This document shows positions 9,520 through 19,034 of a DNA stretch of 64,000 nucleotides, piece after piece. The position numbers were made by a program, and so were the translations under genes. This DNA is from Myxococcales bacterium. Its GTDB lineage: Bacteria > Myxococcota_A > Polyangia > Polyangiales > DASUME01. Location: the NCBI GenBank assembly GCA_047601445.1, contig JASGJH010000001.1, positions 3,744,001 through 3,808,000 on the forward strand, read 5' to 3'. The notes beneath the pieces are model-generated. The model ran no database searches. It saw nothing but the letters and a program-made list of their open reading frames with translations, and was not told where the DNA came from. Each line of letters opens with the position of its first letter. Position 1 is the stretch's first letter.

Positions 9520-10524
9520 TCAAGCCCGATCAGGCTGTGGCCTCACCGCTAGCTTGACCCGCGCGCGCGCTCGGATGACCAGCAGCTCCTGATCCTTGCC
9601 GATGCGCTCCTCCAGCAACAGCCGATGCAAATCGTCGACGCCGCGGATGGGTTGACCCGCGAAGCCGATGATCACGTCGCCTTTGCGCACGCCAGCGAGC
9701 TCGGCCGCCCCGCCGGGCTCGAGGCCCGTCACGAGCACGCCGGTGTCGCCGTGGAGCTCGAGGGCGCGACCGAGGGGTCGCGGGATGGGCACGTTGCCCG
9801 CTGCGACTCCGAGTTGACTGCGGCGCACGCGCCCGTCCCGAAGCAGCAGCGACGCCACGAGGCGCGCCGTGTTGGATGCGATGGCAAAGCACAGGCCCTG
9901 CGCCGGTAGGATGGTGGCGGTGTTGACGCCGATTACGAGGCCGTCCGAGCTCACCAGGGGCCCGCCCGAATTGCCTGGATTGAGCGCCGCGTCGGTCTGC
10001 ACCAGGTCGTCCATCAAGCGTCCGCTTACCGAACGCAGCGAACGTCCGAGCGCGCTCACCACGCCGGCGGTCACCGTCCAGCCGAAGCCGAGCGGGTTGC
10101 CGATGGCGATGGCTAGCTGCCCGACCCTGAGTCGCTTGCTGTCCGCGAACTCCACGAAGTCGAGCGCATGACCGCTGATGCTGAGCACCGCGAGATCCGT
10201 GTGCAGATCTTGCCCCACCAGGCGCGCTTCGCGCGTGTCGCCCGTGGGCAAGGTAACCATGATGCGTGATCCACCATGGACCACGTGACAGTTCGTGAGA
10301 ACGAGCCCGTCGGGCGCAAACACGAAGCCCGAGCCGGTGCCTTGCCCGCCGCGTCGGCGCGGTGACAGCACGCGCGGCCCGCGCGCCGTGTGGTCGACCT
10401 CGACCTTCACGGCGGCAGGGCCCACGCGCTCGGCCACCCTCGCTACGCTCTGCGAGTAAGCATCGAGCAAAGGCTCGTCGGAATGCGGCACCGAGGGGAC
10501 GTGCAGCTTGCGCGCCTCCTCCAT
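9520..10524 (-). CDS. HtrA/DegS-like trypsin serine protease with one PDZ domain
   Basis: GSGF, LTNCHV, DLAVL, TDAALNPGNSGGPL motifs; C-terminal PDZ; GAGGAG SD. Confidence 0.95.
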   Translation of the reverse strand: MEEARKLHVPSVPHSDEPLLDAYSQSVARVAERVGPAAVKVEVDHTARGPRVLSPRRRGGQGTGSGFVFAPDGLVLTNCHVVHGGSRIMVTLPTGDTREARLVGQDLHTDLAVLSISGHALDFVEFADSKRLRVGQLAIAIGNPLGFGWTVTAGVVSALGRSLRSVSGRLMDDLVQTDAALNPGNSGGPLVSSDGLVIGVNTATILPAQGLCFAIASNTARLVASLLLRDGRVRRSQLGVAAGNVPIPRPLGRALELHGDTGVLVTGLEPGGAAELAGVRKGDVIIGFAGQPIRGVDDLHRLLLEERIGKDQELLVIRARARVKLAVRPQPDRA

Positions 10525-10541
10525 ACCCTACTCCTCGTGGT

Positions 10542-11075
10542 TCAGATGCTCAGGACGCCCGTTCTCAAGAGATAGGCGAGCGTCTTGCGCTGTTCGTCGT
10601 CGAGCACCGAATGGATGCGTTTGAGCGCGCGCTCCACGGCGGAACGTACGCGCTCGGCGCTCTTGACCTGTTCCTCCCCGGCGTGCTGCGCCTTGGCCTC
10701 GTCGAAGGCGCTGCTCTCGAGGGCTTCGGCCAGGGCCGAAATGCGCCGGCGCTGATCGACGGCAGCCTGGGCGCGCTCGGTCTTGAGCTCGTCCAGGATG
10801 GTGGCGAAGGTGGCCACCTGGGCTTCGTCCAGGTTCAGTTTGTGCGCGAGAAAGCGCAGCGGACGGCGCACACCGAAGGCACTCGACGCGTCGTGCTCGA
10901 AGCCTGGCGCGGCGTGCGCGAAGCCTCCGCCCCAACGGCCGTGGTGGCCGAAGCCCGGGCCACAGTGCGGGCCTGCCCCGTGGGGGCCATGTCCGTGAGG
11001 TCCGTGGGCCGGGTGCCCTTCGCCACAGCTGCCGTGTTCACGGGACTTCCACCAAGAATAAAAACCAGGATGCAT
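10542..11075 (-). CDS. Spy/CpxP-like (LTXXQ-type) helical protein with His/Gly-rich N-terminus
   Basis: KLNLDEAQ and IHSVLDDEQR motifs. Confidence 0.75.
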   Translation of the reverse strand: MHPGFYSWWKSREHGSCGEGHPAHGPHGHGPHGAGPHCGPGFGHHGRWGGGFAHAAPGFEHDASSAFGVRRPLRFLAHKLNLDEAQVATFATILDELKTERAQAAVDQRRRISALAEALESSAFDEAKAQHAGEEQVKSAERVRSAVERALKRIHSVLDDEQRKTLAYLLRTGVLSI

Positions 11076-11250
11076 GACTCTCTCCAACTGCCGGGGGCTT
11101 GAGCTCACCCAGCGGGATCGATGCGGGCAACATGCCTCGCATCGCCACCCGTGCTCCTGAGCGCGGATGTTCTTCCACACTGCGCACGCGGCCGGGGGCT
11201 GTCAAGCGCGGGCCCGGGCTCCTTTGCAGTACTTCACACGGAGCGACCGC

Positions 11251-12810
11251 TTACGGAGACCGCATCCCCAGGTCGCGCAATACTGCCTGCGCACAGTTGT
11301 GTCCCGCCGCGCCGATCACCGAGCCAGCCGGATGGCAGCCCGCACTGGCGCTGTAGAGCCCAGCGATGGGCGTGCGGTAGGCGAGACGATCGGCGAACGC
11401 AAAGGTGTTGTCGACGTGATGGATGTGGCCGTGGCGCATGCCGAAGCGTCGCTCGATGGCCTCCGGGTGCAGGACGAGTCGGTCGGCCACCAACTCGCTC
11501 GTGCCAGGTGCGAAGCGGTCGCACAGGCTCAGGAGGTGGTCGGCGTAGCGGTCGGCTTCGGCGTCCCAGCTGGACTCGGCGAGACGGTTCGGCACCCACT
11601 GCACGAACAGCGCGGAGCTGTGGTGGCCGGCACCGTCCTGCAGCGAAGGGTCGAGACTGGTCTGCACGTACCACTCGATGCTCGGGAACTCAGGCAGCTT
11701 TCCAGCGAGCGCGTCCGCGTGGGCGCGCGCGAGCGCATCGAGCACGCGGCCCTCCTGAGGCAGCAGGTGGATGGTGGCCTGGTGTTGACCGCGCAGTTCG
11801 GGCAAGCAGGTGAAGCGAGGCAAGTCGCGCAGGGCCAGGTTGAGCTTGAGCGTCGTACCCGGCCGCGCGTAGGCGTCGAGCCGCGCGTTGTACGCAGCGT
11901 CGAAGCGCTCACGACCGACCAAGTCGCGCATGCTGAAAGGGTCCGCGTTCACGATCACCGCACGACAGTGCAGGGAACGCCCGTCCGCCAAGCGCACCTC
12001 GCAGGGCGAGCCGTCGGGAAAGGCGAGCTCCGCCACCTCGGCCTGGGTCTCGATGCGCACGCCAGCCGCCCCGGCGAGGCGCGCGAGTTCCTGCGTGATG
12101 CTGCCCATGCCACCGCGCACCATCATCCACGTGCCGTCGGCGTTGGGCAGTCGACACATGTTGTGGACGAAGAAATTGTGGCCACTGCCTGGCGTGTCCC
12201 ACGCTCCACTCGAGCCGCTGAAGCCATCGGTCACGGCGTACATCGCCTTGAGGAGCTCGCTCTCGAAGCCGAAGCGCTCCAGGTAGGCGCCCACGCTGCC
12301 ACGACACAGCTCCACGAAGATGCTGCGCAAGGCAGGGCGCACGTAGCGCTCGGCCGTCTGCTCTACGCTCTCGGGTTCACGCAGCCAGCTCGCCGCGAGA
12401 TCGTCGCGCAGGGCAGCGAGCTCGCGTTGCAATGCGTCGTGGGCGTCGAGGTCGTGCTCGGAGAAGGAGCGCCGCATCTGCCGCTCGAAGGCGGCGCGGT
12501 CGCTGCCGAACAGCAAGTAGCCAGCGCGCGCGAGGGGCAAGAAGTAGTGCGGGTCCCGGCGCAGCAAGCTGAGCTCGAGGCCCAGCGACGCGAGCAACTC
12601 CGGAGGCATTAGCCCGAGCAGGTAGGCACCCGTGGATTGACCGAGTCCAGGGACTTGGGCGAAGGGTTGCTCCGTGACGCAGGCGCCGCCAACCCGAGGT
12701 CGGGCCTCGAGCAGTGCTACGCGCAGGCCAGCGCGTGCCAACAACAAGGCCGCCACCAAGCCGTTGTGGCCGCCACCCACCGTCACGACATCGACATGTT
12801 GAGCGGTCAC
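11251..12810 (-). CDS. Phytoene dehydrogenase-like FAD oxidoreductase (COG1233 type)
   Basis: VGGGHNGLVAA dinucleotide fold, VGGAC, GGMGSI, C-terminal GCHPAGSVIGAAGHN; GTG start inferred. Confidence 0.9.
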   Translation of the reverse strand: MTAQHVDVVTVGGGHNGLVAALLLARAGLRVALLEARPRVGGACVTEQPFAQVPGLGQSTGAYLLGLMPPELLASLGLELSLLRRDPHYFLPLARAGYLLFGSDRAAFERQMRRSFSEHDLDAHDALQRELAALRDDLAASWLREPESVEQTAERYVRPALRSIFVELCRGSVGAYLERFGFESELLKAMYAVTDGFSGSSGAWDTPGSGHNFFVHNMCRLPNADGTWMMVRGGMGSITQELARLAGAAGVRIETQAEVAELAFPDGSPCEVRLADGRSLHCRAVIVNADPFSMRDLVGRERFDAAYNARLDAYARPGTTLKLNLALRDLPRFTCLPELRGQHQATIHLLPQEGRVLDALARAHADALAGKLPEFPSIEWYVQTSLDPSLQDGAGHHSSALFVQWVPNRLAESSWDAEADRYADHLLSLCDRFAPGTSELVADRLVLHPEAIERRFGMRHGHIHHVDNTFAFADRLAYRTPIAGLYSASAGCHPAGSVIGAAGHNCAQAVLRDLGMRSP

Positions 12811-12898
12811 CAAGAAACTCTGCCACAGCGCGCGCGACCACCACAACGCGGGCGAGCGCTGTGGGCCAGTGATATAGGTAGATCTCGGAGCGCAGCCG

Positions 12899-13981
12899 AT
12901 GAGAGTGTGCACGCTGTTACTCGCAGCCAGCCTGGCGGTATGCACGAGCGCATGTGGGCGCACGCAGAGCTCGGCCGACGCCGATGCCGAGCTGGATGAA
13001 GCCCTGGCCGCCAAGGCCATGCTGCTGGGACGCACGCGTTCTCCCGTGTTCTTCCTTACCTCCGAGAGCGACTCACCGGCGCTCGGCTTCGGAAGCGACG
13101 ATGCCAAACTCGTAGTGCGCGACGATCCCTCCGAAAATGGGCGTACTCCGGTGCGGGTGCTCGGTCGCTTGCATCTCGAGGCCTACGTGCCGAACGGTCT
13201 GGTGGAGCTGCGCGTGCAGGAGAACACGCCGGTCGCGGGCACTGCGTTGGTGCTGCGCGCAGGAGATCGCGTCGGTCTGGTCGAGCCGCGCAACGACTCC
13301 GGGGTCCATCGTGTGAACATCCGCGTGGCCGTGGCGGATCAGGTCTTGGGCCCCTTCGAGGGTGGCCTGGATGCTCGCTATCTGTCGGCCAAGCCGCCCC
13401 CCAAGTCGGAACCGCTCGAGTCGGGCATCGCATACACGCTGCCTGCGAACACCGCGCTCCCGGTCTATCGCGGTCCCCGTGAGGAGCTCTTGACCTTGGT
13501 GCCTCCCTTGGTCGCCGAGCTGCCGGTGACGGTGCTCGCCATCGAGCGCAATTGGTTCATGGTGCGGGTGGGCAAGGGGCCCTTCTTGCAGGGCTTCACG
13601 AACGCTCCGCTCGCACTGGTGGGAAAGCCAGCAGGCGCACGCATGGTCCAACTCAAACCAAAGCAGAAGCGCCCCATCAACAGCGTGCCCTGGCGCATCG
13701 CCCAGAGTCCAGGACCACTCTTGCTGGTGGCCGCGGGCACGCAGCTGCGCTTCCGCGGACGCATCGTGGCCACGTTGCGCTCGGCCGGTTGGGCACGCGC
13801 GCTCGGCTCGATCGATCATGACGGCGACGTCGAAGTGTTGGCCGCGGTGGACGACATCGTCACCGTGCGCGGCACGGCACCCAAGCCCGCGCTCACGGTG
13901 GTGAGCGAAGAAGCGCTGGGGCTCGAGCCCGTCAGCGGACCGGGCTACGCAGCGGAGCTGGGTTCTGCGATCAAGCCATAG
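12899..13981 (+). CDS. Hypothetical lipoprotein
   Basis: Signal peptide ending in TSAC; beta-rich, possibly SH3-like modules. Confidence 0.7.
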   Translation: MRVCTLLLAASLAVCTSACGRTQSSADADAELDEALAAKAMLLGRTRSPVFFLTSESDSPALGFGSDDAKLVVRDDPSENGRTPVRVLGRLHLEAYVPNGLVELRVQENTPVAGTALVLRAGDRVGLVEPRNDSGVHRVNIRVAVADQVLGPFEGGLDARYLSAKPPPKSEPLESGIAYTLPANTALPVYRGPREELLTLVPPLVAELPVTVLAIERNWFMVRVGKGPFLQGFTNAPLALVGKPAGARMVQLKPKQKRPINSVPWRIAQSPGPLLLVAAGTQLRFRGRIVATLRSAGWARALGSIDHDGDVEVLAAVDDIVTVRGTAPKPALTVVSEEALGLEPVSGPGYAAELGSAIKP

Positions 13982-13995
13982 CGGATGTCACTACC

Positions 13996-14766
13996 TCACA
14001 AGTACATGCCGCCCGAGAACTCGATGCGCTGCCCCGTCAGCCAGCGTCCCTCCGGCGCGAGCAGCGCGGCCACCGCCTCACCGATGTCATCGGGCAGGCC
14101 CACGCGCCCCAGCGCGGTCTGTTCGGCGACCGCCTTGTTCACCGCGGCGTTGTCGCGCACCAGGCCGCCTCCGAAGTCGGTCTCGATGGCCCCCGGAGCG
14201 ATCACGTTGACGGCGATCTTCCTGGCCCCGAGTTCCTTGGCCATGTAGCGCGTGAGCACCTCGACACCGCCCTTCATCGCGGCGTAGGCGGCGTAGCCGG
14301 GCGTCGAGAAGCGGGCGAGCCCCGAGGAGACATTGAGCACCCGACCGCCGTCGGCGATCAGCGGGAGCAGGCGCTGGGTGAGGAAGAAGGGCGCCTTCAG
14401 GTGAATCTTCATCAGCTCGTCGAATTGGGCCTCGCTGGTCTCCGCGAAGCTTGCGTGGGTGCCGATGCCCGCGTTGTTCACCAGGAAGTCGAAGCGCTCG
14501 CGCTTGAAGGTGCGGGCGAGCTCCATCCTCAACGCCTGCGCGAACGCCGCGAAGCTCGCGCTGTCGCTGACATCGAGCGGGAGCTTGGCGGCTCGTCGCC
14601 CCAGGGCCTCGATCTGCTCGACTACCGCCTGGGCCTCGTCGGCGCGCGAACGGTAGGTGATGATCACATCGATGCCGTGCTCGGCCAGGTGAAGAGCCAT
14701 GCTCTTGCCGAGGCCACGGCTGCCGCCGGTGATGAGAGCGATGCGTTGTTCGGGGTAGGTCTTCAT
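13996..14766 (-). CDS. Short-chain dehydrogenase/reductase
   Basis: TGGSRGLG, NNAG, YAAMK motifs. Confidence 0.95.
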   Translation of the reverse strand: MKTYPEQRIALITGGSRGLGKSMALHLAEHGIDVIITYRSRADEAQAVVEQIEALGRRAAKLPLDVSDSASFAAFAQALRMELARTFKRERFDFLVNNAGIGTHASFAETSEAQFDELMKIHLKAPFFLTQRLLPLIADGGRVLNVSSGLARFSTPGYAAYAAMKGGVEVLTRYMAKELGARKIAVNVIAPGAIETDFGGGLVRDNAAVNKAVAEQTALGRVGLPDDIGEAVAALLAPEGRWLTGQRIEFSGGMYL

Positions 14767-14850
14767 GGCTGCGTCCTTCTCGTTGAGCGCTGATGTTGGT
14801 CAGCCTAGGACCGGGCGGGCGGGTGCGGAAGACGCGCTGCCCCGACACAC

Positions 14851-14869
14851 TGTTTCGTGATACAAAACA
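14851..14869. promoter_or_regulatory. Probable LysR-type operator (TGTTT-N9-AAACA dyad containing T-N11-A)
   Basis: AT-rich dyad between the divergent SDR and LysR genes. Confidence 0.55.
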
Positions 14870-14874
14870 ATCCC

Positions 14875-15765
14875 ATGGAGCTCGACGCGCTCAGGGCATT
14901 CGTGAAAGTCGCCGAATTCGCCAGTTTCACGCGGGCCTCCGAGCAGCTCGGTCTGTCCAAGGCGCGGGTCTCGGTGTTAGTGGGCGAGCTCGAGAGCGAG
15001 GTCGGAAGTCGCCTCTTGCAGCGCACCACGCGCGCCGTGCGCCTCACGCCGAGCGGAGAGCAGTTTCTGGTCAAGGCCAGCAGCCTATTGGCCGAGGCCG
15101 ACGAGCTCGCGCACATGTTCCAAGCGCCGAGCACCCTGCGCGGGAGCGTGCGCGTGGATCTGCCGCAAACCATGGCGCGCACGGTGGTCATCCCGCGCTT
15201 GCCCGAGTTCCTGGCCAGCCATCCCGGCATCGAGCTGTTCTTGAGCACCACCGATCGCAGGGTGGACCTGGTGCGCGAGGGCTTCGACTGCGTGCTGCGC
15301 GTGGGCAAGCTGCTGGACTCGGGGCTGGTGGCGCGAAAGCTCGGCAGCCTGCCCGTGATCAATGTCGCGAGCCCCAGCTACCTGGGCAAGTACGGAATGC
15401 CGCGCACACTGGCCGATCTGCGCCGGCATCTCGTCGTGCACTACGCGGCCAACGTGCGCGAACGCCCGAGCTTCGAGTACGTCGAGGATGGCTCCACCCG
15501 CGAGGTGCCGATGCGAAGCCTCGTCACCGTCAACTCCACGGACGCCTACTCGGCCGCATGTTTGGCCGGCCTCGGGATCATCCAGGCCCCGCGCTCCGGT
15601 GTGGCGGCGGGCATCCGCGACGGGCTGCTGCTCGAGGTGCTGTCGCAGCACACCCCCGAGGCGATGCCGGTGTCACTGGTGCACGGTTACACACGGAACG
15701 TACCGAAGCCGGTGCACGCCGTGATGGAGTGGCTCTCACAGGTGCTGCGGCGTCACTTGGAGTGA
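14875..15765 (+). CDS. LysR-family transcriptional regulator (CrgA-like)
   Basis: SFTRASEQLGLSK HTH, LLQRTTRAVRLT, DLVREGFDCVLR. Confidence 0.95.
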   Translation: MELDALRAFVKVAEFASFTRASEQLGLSKARVSVLVGELESEVGSRLLQRTTRAVRLTPSGEQFLVKASSLLAEADELAHMFQAPSTLRGSVRVDLPQTMARTVVIPRLPEFLASHPGIELFLSTTDRRVDLVREGFDCVLRVGKLLDSGLVARKLGSLPVINVASPSYLGKYGMPRTLADLRRHLVVHYAANVRERPSFEYVEDGSTREVPMRSLVTVNSTDAYSAACLAGLGIIQAPRSGVAAGIRDGLLLEVLSQHTPEAMPVSLVHGYTRNVPKPVHAVMEWLSQVLRRHLE

Positions 15766-15809
15766 GCGCTCTGTACGGCGGGGCCCCGGGGTGTTATGTC
15801 GGAGACCGA

Positions 15810-16364
15810 ATGGCGGGGAAGAAGAAGGCGCATGCAGCGGCGCGCAGACGGGACAAGTCCCGCTCCGCTGGCGCCACGCCCAAGCACTTCCTGCGTCAGG
15901 GCTCCTCCGAAGTCGCGGCCCCCCTCAGCGCCTGGGCGCTCGCGCGCCGACGCGCGGACGAAGCGGCCCAGCTCCTGTCGGAACAGGGAGCGCTGCTCGA
16001 AGAGCTGCTCACGGAATGGGAAGTGGAACCCTGGAGCAGCATGGACTGCGGCGAGTTCGTGAGCCCGCTCGCCCGAAACTGGCCCCACGCGCGTTGGCCC
16101 GAGGATCCCCGTTCGCTGTTCCCCGAGCCCGACAATCACGCCGTGCTGCGGATGGCCAGGCGCCTGCAGGCGCGAGCAGGCCGGCTGTTCGACCTGGGCG
16201 CTGTGGAATTAGCGTTGCGGACATTGCAGGAGGATCGCCTGGCCCGTGCCCGCGGCATCCCCCTCGAAACCCTGCGGGCCGCCAAGGCCGCCGCGGTGGC
16301 GCGCTGGACTGCGCACAAGCGAAAGGCACCGTTCACGCGCCTGCGGGAAAACCGAAACGCCTGA
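15810..16364 (+). CDS. Hypothetical protein
   Basis: GGAG SD followed by ATG; basic termini with a helical core; fills the intergenic gap. Confidence 0.55.
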   Translation: MAGKKKAHAAARRRDKSRSAGATPKHFLRQGSSEVAAPLSAWALARRRADEAAQLLSEQGALLEELLTEWEVEPWSSMDCGEFVSPLARNWPHARWPEDPRSLFPEPDNHAVLRMARRLQARAGRLFDLGAVELALRTLQEDRLARARGIPLETLRAAKAAAVARWTAHKRKAPFTRLRENRNA

Positions 16365-16504
16365 GCGGGCGCGCTTTGTCAGCCGGAAAACATCGGGCTG
16401 GAGCGCCGGACCGACTGGCGCGGCGAAGCCGAGCCGAATCGCGCCGTGCTCACACAAGCCGTTCGCCCCGAGCCCAAAGCGGCAGTAGTACTCTCGTGCC
16501 TCCC

Positions 16505-17404
16505 ATGCTGCCGGCTGTCTTCTCCCGCTTACTGCGTCTCGGCTCGCTCACGCTCGCCTTGTGGCTGGTTCAGCCCTCGTTGCTCGTGCGCGCCGACGAG
16601 ATCGACGGGGTCGAAGTCGACGCGCGCGATCTGCAGGCCCGTGAGGCCTTCGCCGCGGGACGCTACCAAGACGCGGTCGATCTGTTCGCCAAGCTGTATG
16701 CGACGCATCCGCACCCGAACTATCTGCACAACATCGGGCGCTGCTATCAGAACCTCGGGGACGCCGATCGGGCCATCGCGAGCTTTCGCGAGTTCTTGCG
16801 CCAGGCCAGCAAGATCTCCCCCGAGACGCGCACGCAGGTCGAGGGCTACATCGCGGAGATGGAACGTTTGAAGGAGGAGCAGGCCCCAGAAGCCGACGCT
16901 CCCAGCCCACCACTCGCGGAGCCCGACGTTCCCGTGCTGCCCGCGCCCGACATCACCCCAAGTTCGAAAGCTATCACCCCAAGCATTGCTCCGGTCATGG
17001 CAGAGCCGCCCGCGACGGCCAGGCCGACGAGCACGCCCCCACCACCGCCGGCAGAGTCCCCGCGCTGGCGACGCCCGTTCGCGTTCGGACTGCTCGGGGC
17101 GGGCGTCACTTCCCTCGCGCTCGGCGGCTACTACGGCATGCGCTCCCTGCATCGCTACAAAGAGGCCGACGAGGGCTGCCCGGAGCACCAGGGCTGTGCG
17201 GCCGGGGCGCTCTCCGATCGCGACGATGCGCAGCGCTACGCCTGGGTCTCCAATGTCACCTTCGTCGCGGGCGCCGCCTTGGTAGCAACCGGCACGGTGT
17301 TGCTCTTCAAGTGGTCGCGCCCGAAGGGTCGCGGGGAAGCCCCCCGGACCGCCCTGTCCCTGCGCGCGCACGCCGCGGGCATGTCGCTGCGAGGAGCCTT
17401 CTAA
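16505..17404 (+). CDS. TPR-containing exported membrane protein (myxobacterial type)
   Basis: Signal peptide, TPR (YLHNIGRCYQNLG), Pro-rich linker, two C-terminal hydrophobic segments flanking a Cys loop. Confidence 0.85.
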   Translation: MLPAVFSRLLRLGSLTLALWLVQPSLLVRADEIDGVEVDARDLQAREAFAAGRYQDAVDLFAKLYATHPHPNYLHNIGRCYQNLGDADRAIASFREFLRQASKISPETRTQVEGYIAEMERLKEEQAPEADAPSPPLAEPDVPVLPAPDITPSSKAITPSIAPVMAEPPATARPTSTPPPPPAESPRWRRPFAFGLLGAGVTSLALGGYYGMRSLHRYKEADEGCPEHQGCAAGALSDRDDAQRYAWVSNVTFVAGAALVATGTVLLFKWSRPKGRGEAPRTALSLRAHAAGMSLRGAF

Positions 17405-17407
17405 GGC

Positions 17408-18298
17408 ATGTCGAAGCGCGCTTGGTCATCGCTAGCGATGCTCTCGCTCCTGGCTGGATGCCAGTGGATCGCGGACTACGACGACTTCTCGGCGGAGCCG
17501 GCGGTCGCGCCCCATCGCTGCGCCCATCTGCCACTGCGAAAGTCGGACCCCGCAGGGGTCATGATCCGCGTCGACGTGCCGGGCGGCCTGTGCGTCTGGA
17601 TCGACCAGGACGAGGTGACAGTCGACAAGTACGGCGCTTGGCGCGCCGATCCGAAGGCCGCCCAGCCGCGCTGGGACCCGGACTTCTGCCCCTGGAAGGT
17701 CAGCGCGAGCAACCCTGCGGTGGACCCAGACGATGCCTGCGCCGAAGAAGCCGAGGCCACTGGGACCCCCGCATTCGTCGCGGATCGACCCATCCGCTGT
17801 GTCGATTGGTGTGACGCGGAAGCCTACTGTCGTTGGGCCGGCAAGCGCTTGTGCTTCGACAACTCTCAATACGGCACGCAAATCCCCCGCAACATGGCGC
17901 GCGAGTGGACCTTTGCCTGCAACAACGGAGAGACCACGCAGTACCCGTGGGGCACGGACTACGCAGGCAACATTTGCAACGCCGATCAAAGCAGCGAGAG
18001 CACGGTGGCCGTCGAGCGCGGCGTCACGAACTCGGGCTGGAACGTGGACTGCGTGAACGAGCGCGGCGCGCGCGACCTGCTGGGCAACGTCGCGGAGTGG
18101 ACCTACGGCTGCAACATCACGGTGCCGGAGGGCAACGGCGTGAGGCCGTGCCTCACCAAGGGCGGTTCCTACGACGATCCGCTAATGGCCTGCGTCGACG
18201 AGCTCACGTTGCCAAACGATACGCGCTCACCCCAGGTGGGCTTCCGCTGCTGCGCGAGCCTCACGCCCGAGGAAGCTCTGCTCGTCACTCCACAGTGA
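17408..18298 (+). CDS. Formylglycine-generating enzyme (FGE-sulfatase) domain lipoprotein
   Basis: LLAGC lipobox; EVT, VDWCDAEAYC.WAGKRL, YPWG, DLLGNVAEW, GFRCC motifs. Confidence 0.9.
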   Translation: MSKRAWSSLAMLSLLAGCQWIADYDDFSAEPAVAPHRCAHLPLRKSDPAGVMIRVDVPGGLCVWIDQDEVTVDKYGAWRADPKAAQPRWDPDFCPWKVSASNPAVDPDDACAEEAEATGTPAFVADRPIRCVDWCDAEAYCRWAGKRLCFDNSQYGTQIPRNMAREWTFACNNGETTQYPWGTDYAGNICNADQSSESTVAVERGVTNSGWNVDCVNERGARDLLGNVAEWTYGCNITVPEGNGVRPCLTKGGSYDDPLMACVDELTLPNDTRSPQVGFRCCASLTPEEALLVTPQ

Positions 18299-19016
18299 AT
18301 TCGTAGCGCGTGTCAGTGGCGAAGTCGGGGGCGCTCGGCGTGTCGTTCTTCGAGCGTCCGCCGAACTCGATCACGTGCTTGCCCGGCGCGAGCGGCGCCA
18401 GCATGACCCACGTCCCTTGCACGTTTCCGTAGAAGTCACCGTTCACCCCCTCCACGCCGATGCAGTTGTAGGCATTGGGCTCGGTGTAATTCAATTCGTA
18501 GGGCGTGGCCTCGGTCATCGTTCCGGCCTGCACGTCCATGATCTCCTGGCCGTCCACGCGCGCGTACATGCTCGGCAAGATGAAGGCCGCTGCGCCGCCC
18601 TCCACGTAGGCCTTGTTGTCTGCGGGGCTCAGCTGCTGCTCGGGAGGCAAGCCCGCGGTATCGGCCCAGGTGTTGAGCAGCGGGAAGAACAGCGCAGCGC
18701 CCTTGGGAACCTTGCACTCACGGCGCGTGACGGGCCCGCCCAGCGATCCCACCAGGAAGAACACCGGACTGCTCGGATCTTGGCCCTCGGTGCAGTGCGC
18801 GCCTGTGGGGTCCCTGAGCGGATCGTGGCAACCAGGCGGGGCGAACGAATAGATGTAGCGGACCCAGTCGCTTGCCCACTCGGCGTAGGTCTTGCCGTAG
18901 GGCATGCCTTGGGGGTCGAGGAGCTCGTAGCCTGGTTGTTCGGGAGCTTCGTCGCCGCAGGCGCCTGCCAGGCAGGCGAGCGAGACAGCCCACACGCGGA
19001 AGTGGCGCTGCATCAT
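18285..19016 (-). CDS. Hypothetical lipoprotein
   Basis: LAGAC lipobox; globular domain (DPTGAHC..GQ...VFFL, RECKVP...LFFP); function unknown. Confidence 0.8.
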   Translation of the reverse strand: MMQRHFRVWAVSLACLAGACGDEAPEQPGYELLDPQGMPYGKTYAEWASDWVRYIYSFAPPGCHDPLRDPTGAHCTEGQDPSSPVFFLVGSLGGPVTRRECKVPKGAALFFPLLNTWADTAGLPPEQQLSPADNKAYVEGGAAAFILPSMYARVDGQEIMDVQAGTMTEATPYELNYTEPNAYNCIGVEGVNGDFYGNVQGTWVMLAPLAPGKHVIEFGGRSKNDTPSAPDFATDTRYEFTVE

Positions 19017-19034
19017 GTAAGGATCTCGGATTCG

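Noticed and set aside
11251..12810. Carotenoid crtI assignment
   Set aside because: No other crt genes nearby; the motifs fit the broader COG1233 family.
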